Source of the DNA: Myxococcota bacterium
Lineage (GTDB): Bacteria > Myxococcota > UBA4151
Reading direction: 5' to 3'
DNA length: 42,266 nucleotides
Assembly (NCBI GenBank): GCA_040260805.1
Contig: JBDQPD010000019.1
Coordinates: forward strand, 1 to 42,266
Below, in pieces: positions 35,731 to 42,266 of this stretch (positions are counted from its first letter, which is position 1; every line of letters begins with the position of its first letter). A program made the translations under genes and the position numbers. The notes beneath the pieces were generated by a model. That model was not told where the DNA came from and did not search any database. It saw only the letters and a program-made list of their open reading frames with translations.

Positions 35731-37179
35731 TTACTCCTCTCGCCAATAATAGCGCTCTTCTTGTGCATCAGTAGGCGCATGGCGAATCACCATCGTCAGG
35801 GTTCGGCGGGCATCGCCGACCTGCGCTTGGCTCGTCAGTTTAAAGTAGCGCGAGGTGGCGGTCACCGCGTTCTCGCATTTGGTTTTATCAAAGCTAATTC
35901 CTTCGGCCTCTGAGAGCTGCGCGAGCGCCTCAACAAAGAACTTCGGGAAGGGATTAATCGGGGGGTTGGGTTCGAGCGGGCACAACACATCAACCTGAGA
36001 CTCTTCGGGCAGTAGACCGACCAAAACACAGTTGTTCACGGCCTGGTACCAGAGCCCTACTCGCTGCCAGATCTGAACCAACTGCTCAGCGGTCAGACAG
36101 ACTGACAGACCGGCTAAAAACTGGGCCGGAGCGCTCATCGCGCCTGGCTCTCCGCCTTCGTCAGGCAGCTGCAAACCGAGCAAGCCCGCCAGCATCGACT
36201 CGATGTTGACTTTGTCTTCGCTATAAATCGAGAGATGATCAGCGAAGGCTCGGTATGCTTCGTCAGAAAACCCTTTGACGAGACGAAGTTCAGCGATCGA
36301 ATCAAAAGTTGCGTTGCGTGATCGGTAAGGCGCTTTATCCGAATCGTAGCGAGCGTCCTCAGGCGAGGTGCTGGTCACTCGACGTCCGGTCAAAAGATCG
36401 ATCTCAGAGATCGTCGTATCGGGATCCATCCAGTCCAAAATCGAAGACAGGAACTCTTGACGGTCGGCTTCTTCGCCCCGGCTATTAATTCCACCGAACA
36501 ACGCGTCAAAGCGAGGCGGGGCAATCAAAGCCGCTAACCGCATCATCGCAGCTCGGTTTTGCGCCGGCGTTCCCTTCCAAAGACTCTTGAGCGGGATCTT
36601 ACGGTCTTCATCATCGATCTCGACGCTAAAGGTGCCCGGAAGATCGCCGAATAAGACCCCCGAGCCCTCATCGATGTCCTGAAGTTGGGCTGCGGGGTCA
36701 GCGCTTTCAACCCCCATCACGAGCGGAGGTGCGGGGACCCCGAGCATGGCGCCAAAGGAGCCGTCAGCGACCCCTTGGAACAGCTCCGAGGTAATCGGCA
36801 GCATCTTCCAAAAGGGTGTCGGCGGAAGATTGAGCATCTGTTGCAAAACACGCAGCTCATCTTCGCAGGTAGCGGCCCGTGGCGCGCTGCCAGCCCCTGA
36901 AGGGTTCTTTGTGCTCGAACCGCTCGGCGGATTAGCCGCCGCCATGGCGCCAGCAAGTCCGCTGCTCACCGGGCATGGCGACTGCTTCATAAAGGCGATC
37001 ATCAGCCGTGACATTTCCATGCCTGAGCGGGCGAGAAAATAAGCGCGCACCGAGTCTCGCGCGTTGGCTGCGATCCGACTGCGCACCTGGCTGTCATGGA
37101 CAAACTCCATAACCACCGTAGTCATCACCGCCACCGTGGCGAGCACCATCAACAAAGCTACCCCGCGCCGTCGTCGCAT
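35731..37179 (-). CDS. gspK: Type II secretion minor pseudopilin K
   Basis: RRRG|VALLMVL prepilin site lacking Glu5. AYFLARSG, IDDEDRKI, ILDWMDPD, FDSIAELRLVKG and SRYF motifs. Confidence 0.9.
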   Translation of the reverse strand: MRRRRGVALLMVLATVAVMTTVVMEFVHDSQVRSRIAANARDSVRAYFLARSGMEMSRLMIAFMKQSPCPVSSGLAGAMAAANPPSGSSTKNPSGAGSAPRAATCEDELRVLQQMLNLPPTPFWKMLPITSELFQGVADGSFGAMLGVPAPPLVMGVESADPAAQLQDIDEGSGVLFGDLPGTFSVEIDDEDRKIPLKSLWKGTPAQNRAAMMRLAALIAPPRFDALFGGINSRGEEADRQEFLSSILDWMDPDTTISEIDLLTGRRVTSTSPEDARYDSDKAPYRSRNATFDSIAELRLVKGFSDEAYRAFADHLSIYSEDKVNIESMLAGLLGLQLPDEGGEPGAMSAPAQFLAGLSVCLTAEQLVQIWQRVGLWYQAVNNCVLVGLLPEESQVDVLCPLEPNPPINPFPKFFVEALAQLSEAEGISFDKTKCENAVTATSRYFKLTSQAQVGDARRTLTMVIRHAPTDAQEERYYWREE

Positions 37180-37188
37180 CAGCTCACC

Positions 37189-37878
37189 CTAAAAGTTCAA
37201 CGCCTTGTGCAGGCGGATTTTTGTGCCCGTGCGAAACAGCTTGGTTTCGCCATCGGGCATGATCAGGGTTAAATCGATGCGCACCCGATCGGGTAGACGC
37301 TTGCGAACTTCTTCGACACCAAGGCCGTAATCTTTGGACTCACGCGCAGAGTCAGTCGTTTTCCAATCCTCAGACCAGTCGTCCTCGCGCTGCGCGTGAT
37401 AGTTGAACAGCAAACGATCGACACCGCAGATCACCACCCGATCACGCCCCTTGCTCTGGTCTTCAGCGTCCTCGAGCAGGCGAGGCGCAGACCAACGAAT
37501 AAGGCATTTACCGTTCGTCTCGAGACCGGCTGGGTCTCGATCGAGCCGATAGTGGATGGTTTCTTGGTCCCCTTGATGGGCGCCGGCGCGTAAGACGGTG
37601 TTGGAAAAAGCGGTGAACCGCAGCTCGTCGTCTTCGCCTAGAAATACGGTCTCAATTCGAGGCTCACTGAGCTCGACATGATTCGATACGAACGCTGAGC
37701 TGAGCTCACGCGTCATCCGATCCATCGCCACATAGGCTTGGCGGTAGCGCTCAGAATACGCTGCGACCTCTTCTTTGAGGTCAAACGAGCGATCCACCGC
37801 CCCATAAATCGAGACCCCGATCATACCCACAACGGCGGTGGCGATCACCACCTCAAGGAGCGTAAAGCCGCGCTTCAT
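37189..37878 (-). CDS. gspJ: Type II secretion minor pseudopilin J
   Basis: KRG|FTLLEVVIA N-methylation site, MDRMTRELSSA, and LPDRVRIDL near the C-terminus. Gene order fits. Confidence 0.87.
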   Translation of the reverse strand: MKRGFTLLEVVIATAVVGMIGVSIYGAVDRSFDLKEEVAAYSERYRQAYVAMDRMTRELSSAFVSNHVELSEPRIETVFLGEDDELRFTAFSNTVLRAGAHQGDQETIHYRLDRDPAGLETNGKCLIRWSAPRLLEDAEDQSKGRDRVVICGVDRLLFNYHAQREDDWSEDWKTTDSARESKDYGLGVEEVRKRLPDRVRIDLTLIMPDGETKLFRTGTKIRLHKALNF

Positions 37879-38468
37879 TTGCTGGCTCCTGTCGTGGATG
37901 ATTTGGCTGCATCGCTTTGCATTTGCTGAAGAAGCGCTGTGCCACCCGGCCCCGAGTTCGGAGCGGGGCTCGCGGCGGGTGCGCCCACCGAGGTCAACTG
38001 AACGATGTGGGTGACCACATCGAAACTCTCATCATAGGCGCCATCTTTCCAAGACACCACGACGCGCAGCTCACGAACCTGATCGGCTAAACGTCGGCCG
38101 ATCATTGAGAAGGCGGGCCCAAAGGCAGCCGCCAAAGGTGACGCCTCATTTCCCAAATCAGGGACGGCCATATTTTCAAAGGCCTCCGCTTTGACTCGTC
38201 GAATCTCAGCGCGCCATTTGAACTCTGGGGCTTGGGCGTCATCAAAGTCGCCCTCCATGGTCATATCCGCCACCGAGAAGCCGTCTTTCTTAAGCTTCCA
38301 CTCGACCTCGAGCACTTTATCGCGCGCCAAAAGCGCTGCGAGCTGTAAGTCCCGAGCGTACCGCACCGAGCGCACAGCGCTCGCCTGGACCCCATAGATC
38401 GCGGTGAATAGACCGGCTAAAATGCCGATCGCCACCAACGCCTCAAGCAGGGTAAAGCCGCGTCTCAT
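37875..38468 (-). CDS. gspI: Type II secretion minor pseudopilin I
   Basis: RRG|FTLLEALVA, AALLARDKV, FKWRAEI and VRELRVVVSW motifs. Gene order fits. Confidence 0.85.
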   Translation of the reverse strand: MRRGFTLLEALVAIGILAGLFTAIYGVQASAVRSVRYARDLQLAALLARDKVLEVEWKLKKDGFSVADMTMEGDFDDAQAPEFKWRAEIRRVKAEAFENMAVPDLGNEASPLAAAFGPAFSMIGRRLADQVRELRVVVSWKDGAYDESFDVVTHIVQLTSVGAPAASPAPNSGPGGTALLQQMQSDAAKSSTTGASK

Positions 38469-39133
38469 AGCGCTTTACCTCGATGATCATAGCGCCCAAA
38501 CTTGGCGTGAACGCGAGCGGCCATACCGTCCACCCGCACGGTGAAGGTTTCGTCTTCGCTCTCACCGATCAAGAAGACAGCATCTTGGGTCTCGCCGCGC
38601 GGAAAGAAATACAGGATCGCTTCTCCCTTGGCTTGGAACTCCTCAAAGGCGTCAGACCAGAAGGATAAAATCCGAGCGTTGCCCAGATCGACTCCCTCTC
38701 CTAATGGGCCATCAACAGGGCTCCAAGTTGGAGGCTGGCGGAGGGCTTTCAAGCCTTCTTTCGCCTCATCGCTGAGTCCATCGTACAGATCGTCTTCTTC
38801 TTCCGTGAGTCGCTTTGCGCGCGCCTCGGCGGATTCGCCTAAATCCCCTCCGACTGCAGGCAAGGTAAAGAACCCTTCGGCGGACTCAAGGCGCATCGCA
38901 TTGGTCCCAAGCTCAAAAACCAACCGATGCATCTCGCCCGAAAGCGCCGCCCGATCAAAACTCTCACGGACCGCCGCCGACACCTTGCCCGCCGCCTCAC
39001 GAGTGCGCGCTCCATCGACCGCCGAAATACCGCTAAAGGCCCCGGCGGTGACGAGCGCGAGGATGCCGACAGCGACCATCAACTCGATCAAGGTAAAGCC
39101 TGCGCGCAGGTGCTGAGGACGGCGAGCGTTCAT
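38465..39133 (-). CDS. gspH: Type II secretion minor pseudopilin H
   Basis: RAG|FTLIELMVA and ILYFFPRGET motifs. Follows gspG. Confidence 0.85.
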   Translation of the reverse strand: MNARRPQHLRAGFTLIELMVAVGILALVTAGAFSGISAVDGARTREAAGKVSAAVRESFDRAALSGEMHRLVFELGTNAMRLESAEGFFTLPAVGGDLGESAEARAKRLTEEEDDLYDGLSDEAKEGLKALRQPPTWSPVDGPLGEGVDLGNARILSFWSDAFEEFQAKGEAILYFFPRGETQDAVFLIGESEDETFTVRVDGMAARVHAKFGRYDHRGKAL

Positions 39134-39139
39134 CGGAAC

Positions 39140-39571
39140 TTACTGCACCTCTTCTTTCCAGTTGCCGACGTCATCTTCCGTTCCGGACTGACCGTCTTTA
39201 CCCGAACTCCAGAGATCAAAACCCTTTGCATTGCGGGTTCCTGGGTACGCATAGTTGTACTCATTTTCCCACGGATCGGTCGGCAGCTCACTCAGGAGCG
39301 GGCTTCCTTTGGGCGGACTCACCAAACTGCTTAGACCATCACCTGTCGTGGGGTACTTACCCATCTTGATGTAGTACGCAGAGAGGCCTTGAGTGACCGC
39401 CGCGATGTCCATGCGGGCTCGCTCACCTTTAGCGTCCTCGAACTGATCGAGCACGGCAACGGTGACCGCAGTCGCCAACATGCCTAAGATCGCCACGACG
39501 ACGAGAATTTCGATCAAGGTCATGCCGCGACGCGCCGAAGCCTTAATGATTTTTGAAGTGTTGTTTTCCAT
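39140..39571 (-). CDS. gspG: Type II secretion major pseudopilin G
   Basis: RRG|MTLIEILVV, GKYPTTGDGL, PTDPWENEY and FDLWSSGKDGQSGTEDDVGNW (Ca-binding loop). Confidence 0.95.
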   Translation of the reverse strand: MENNTSKIIKASARRGMTLIEILVVVAILGMLATAVTVAVLDQFEDAKGERARMDIAAVTQGLSAYYIKMGKYPTTGDGLSSLVSPPKGSPLLSELPTDPWENEYNYAYPGTRNAKGFDLWSSGKDGQSGTEDDVGNWKEEVQ

Positions 39572-39582
39572 GAATTCGCCTT

Positions 39583-40803
39583 TCAGCGGATGAATTGGTT
39601 CATTTGCAAAATGGGCATCAAAATAGCGAACACGACCGTCGCTACGCCGCCGCCCATAAAAAGGATCAAGATCGGTTCGATAATCGAGGTCAAGCCGCCA
39701 ACGGTTACCTCAACTTGTTGCTCGTAAGCCGTGGCTACATTTTCGAGCATGCCCTCGAGCTTACCGCTTTGTTCCCCGACTGAGATCATGTGGTGAACAA
39801 GCGGGGGAAACTCGCCACTGCGCTTGAGCGGTGCAGCAAAGCTTTGCCCCTCGCTCACCGCAAGCGCTGCGGCATCGATGGTCTCGGCAAGAACCTCATT
39901 GCTGACCACATTGCGCACGATCTTACAGGCTGCGAGCAAGGGCACTCCCGAGGCGAGCAAGGTCCCGAGCGTGCGCGCAAAGCGGGCGATCGCGACCATG
40001 CGATGGATCCGACCAAACAAAGGCAAACTCAGCTTGAGAGCGTCGAAGCTGCGGCGCCCTTTGTCGGTGCGAACCCAATTCCGAAACACGATCACCCCCA
40101 CCACGGTTAGGGCGAAGACGCCGAACATCAAGAACGGGTTTCGCAGCACCTCCGAGAACCCGATCAAGGCTCTGGTCAAGAGGGGCAGTTGAGCCTCAGC
40201 CGATGAGAAAATCTTGGTGATACGCGGCACCACAAAGACAAACAAACCAAACATCACCAAGGAGCCGGCGATCACCATGACCAAAGGATAGATCAGCGCG
40301 CCGACCACTTTGGATTTTAGCTCTGCTTGCCCCTCGGTAAAATCAGCTAGCCGCTCAAGAACCACGTCCAGAGCGCCCGAGCTCTCGCCGGCGCGGACCA
40401 TGTTCACGTAGATGTTTGAGAACGTCCGAGGATGAGCGCCCATGGCATCAGCTAGCGATGCGCCCTCGTTAACTCGCCCCTTCACGTCGGCGAGCACGCG
40501 CGCAAGCCGCTCATCTTCTACCTGCTCGGCCAGCGCCGTTAGCGCGGGCACCAAAGGAATCCCAGAGCGAATCAAGACCGCGAACTGGCGCGTCACCACC
40601 GCCAGCACGCGCACGTTCACCTTACCGTTTGAGAGGGTCTTTGCGCTGCCGGCTTTCTTCTCAACCTTGGCTTCTTTGACATCCGAAATGAAGATGCCAT
40701 CACGCCTGAGCTGGGCGCGCAGAGCCTTCGGCGTCTCGGCATCGCGAACACCTTTAGTGGCTTTACCCTGGGCGTTAAACCCTCTGTATTCGTACAGGGG
40801 CAT
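39583..40803 (-). CDS. gspF: Type II secretion inner-membrane platform protein F
   Basis: MPLYEYRG, TRQFAVLIRSGIPL, YVNMVRAGESSGALD, ALIYP, GTLLASGVPL, VGEQSGKLE and IIEP motifs. Confidence 0.95.
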   Translation of the reverse strand: MPLYEYRGFNAQGKATKGVRDAETPKALRAQLRRDGIFISDVKEAKVEKKAGSAKTLSNGKVNVRVLAVVTRQFAVLIRSGIPLVPALTALAEQVEDERLARVLADVKGRVNEGASLADAMGAHPRTFSNIYVNMVRAGESSGALDVVLERLADFTEGQAELKSKVVGALIYPLVMVIAGSLVMFGLFVFVVPRITKIFSSAEAQLPLLTRALIGFSEVLRNPFLMFGVFALTVVGVIVFRNWVRTDKGRRSFDALKLSLPLFGRIHRMVAIARFARTLGTLLASGVPLLAACKIVRNVVSNEVLAETIDAAALAVSEGQSFAAPLKRSGEFPPLVHHMISVGEQSGKLEGMLENVATAYEQQVEVTVGGLTSIIEPILILFMGGGVATVVFAILMPILQMNQFIR

Positions 40804-40806
40804 ACG

Positions 40807-42266
40807 CTAATCCAATACCGCTTCTTCAGTGGTCACACGGCAGACCTCAGCGACGGTGGTCTCGCCCGACAAAATCTTACGCAAACCGTCCTCTCGGAGG
40901 GTCTCCATACCCCCCTCACGAGCCGCCTTTTTAACTTTGGAGGCGTCGGCGTTTTCGAGCACAAGCTCACGGACGGCGTCATTGACCATCAACAATTCAT
41001 AGATCCCGGTTCGGCCTCGATAACCGGTATGCTGACAAGCGATGCAGCCTTTGCCCTCGCGGACGTGTTTACCCGCATGGATCCGAGGATCAACACCCAG
41101 CTCACGGCATGCCCCTTCACTCAGCGGCGTCGTCTCAGCGCAGTCATCACAGACCGTTCGAACCAAGCGCTGCGCGAGCACACCCGCAAGCGATGAAGCC
41201 ACCAAGAACGCCTCCACGCCCATATCCACCAAACGAGTCATCGCCGAGGAGGCGTCGTTGGTGTGGATCGTCGAGAGCACTAAGTGACCCGTAAGCGACG
41301 CCTGGATCGCAATCTCCGCCGTGTCTTTGTCACGAATCTCACCGACCATAATCACGTCGGGGTCCTGACGAAGAAAAGCGCGCAAACCCGACGCAAAGGT
41401 GAGATCAATCTTAGGGTTTACCGGCACCTGACCGACCCCTTGGAGTTGGTACTCCACAGGGTCTTCAATGGTCAGGATGTTCTTGTCGGGCGAGTTGATC
41501 TTACTCAGGCAACCGTAGAGTGTCGTGGTCTTACCCGAACCGGTCGGTCCAGTGACCAGAATGATCCCATGGCTTCGCTTGATCAACCGGTCGACACCGT
41601 CGAGCTGGCTGCGTGCAAAGCCTAGATCATCGAGCGGTTTGAGCACCGCAGAGCGATCGAGCAAACGCATCACCACGCGCTCACCATGACTTGTAGGCAC
41701 GGTCGAGACACGAATATCAATGTCACGTCCGGCGCGCTTGAGCCGGATCCTGCCGTCTTGCGGCAAACGCTTTTCGGCGATGTTCAAGCCCGACATCACT
41801 TTGATGCGGCTCGTAATCGAACTTTGGGCGGCCTTGGGCGGGCGCACCACCTCACGCAACACCCCATCCACGCGAAAGCGCACTGCGACCTCGCGCTCGA
41901 AGGGTTCGACGTGAATATCCGAGGCGCGCTCTCGCACCGCTTGCGACAAGATCGAGTGCACAAAGCGAATAATCGGCGCTTCATCCTCAGCATCAAGGAT
42001 GTCTTGGATGGCAAACTCTTCTTCTTCGTCTGCGTGGCTTTCTTCAAGTCCCTCAGCGGCGTCTTCAGCGAGTCGAGTGGCGCGGTCATAGGCGCTGTTC
42101 GCGCTAGCCGTGATCAAAGTAGGGGTTGCGACTTCAGTGACCAGCGGGCGCTGAACCATCAGCTGCAAATCACTGACTACCGACAGATCGTAAGGGTCTG
42201 CCAACACGATGATCACCGAGCCGTGTTCGTCCACCTCAAGCGGTAAGACCAGCCGCGACCGAGCGA
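40807..42266 (-). CDS. gspE: Type II secretion ATPase E (5'-truncated by window)
   Basis: ASDIHVEP, EKRLPQDGRI, Walker A GPTGSGKTT, TIEDPVE, LRQDPDVIMVGEIRD, TGHLVLSTIHTN and tetracysteine motif. Frame stays open to the window end (ARSRLVLPLEVDE). Confidence 0.96.
   Translation of the reverse strand, partial: ARSRLVLPLEVDEHGSVIIVLADPYDLSVVSDLQLMVQRPLVTEVATPTLITASANSAYDRATRLAEDAAEGLEESHADEEEEFAIQDILDAEDEAPIIRFVHSILSQAVRERASDIHVEPFEREVAVRFRVDGVLREVVRPPKAAQSSITSRIKVMSGLNIAEKRLPQDGRIRLKRAGRDIDIRVSTVPTSHGERVVMRLLDRSAVLKPLDDLGFARSQLDGVDRLIKRSHGIILVTGPTGSGKTTTLYGCLSKINSPDKNILTIEDPVEYQLQGVGQVPVNPKIDLTFASGLRAFLRQDPDVIMVGEIRDKDTAEIAIQASLTGHLVLSTIHTNDASSAMTRLVDMGVEAFLVASSLAGVLAQRLVRTVCDDCAETTPLSEGACRELGVDPRIHAGKHVREGKGCIACQHTGYRGRTGIYELLMVNDAVRELVLENADASKVKKAAREGGMETLREDGLRKILSGETTVAEVCRVTTEEAVLD

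Noticed and set aside
1..42266. CRISPR arrays, IS elements, prophage or rRNA genes
   Set aside because: Nearly all sequence is accounted for by closely packed CDSs. No spaced direct repeats, transposase, integrase or phage motifs were seen by eye.

Overview
Gene-dense, GC-rich chromosomal segment, most consistent with a Myxococcota (deltaproteobacterial) genome. The markers are an SgmX-like TPR protein beside accC, a PEGA Ser/Thr kinase, a Cys-rich lipoprotein and a deltaproteobacterial-type gspE-N cluster. Bases 1-12691 are all on the + strand: accC 3' end, a secreted MORN-repeat protein, an SgmX-like TPR protein, tRNA-Gly(CCC), a beta-propeller lipoprotein, a TonB-C protein, a Ser/Thr kinase, a DUF3857-like lipoprotein, folD and an EEP phosphoesterase. 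Bases 12675-42266 are all on the - strand. In transcription order they are gspE(partial)FGHIJKLMN, queC, queE, a class III cyclase, a basic lipoprotein, mreB, rhlE, a triple-DsbA protein, a nucleoside catabolism operon (degenerate UDG, membrane protein, deoC, pdp, nupC, punA, cdd), a ~100-Cys repeat lipoprotein, a Clp ATPase and a DUF2520 oxidoreductase. No integrase, transposase, prophage or CRISPR array was seen. The best leads are: (1) a nucleoside-catabolism operon headed by an apparently catalytically dead uracil-DNA glycosylase, whose DeoC carries a microcompartment encapsulation-peptide-like N-terminus; (2) a single-chain triple CPFC DsbA/ScsC-like protein near very disulfide-rich exported proteins; (3) a two-module, Cys-capped MORN solenoid; (4) a putative TonB-C/kinase/lipoprotein envelope signalling cassette with a tRNA at its head. 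All calls come from motif reading by eye; no database searches were run.
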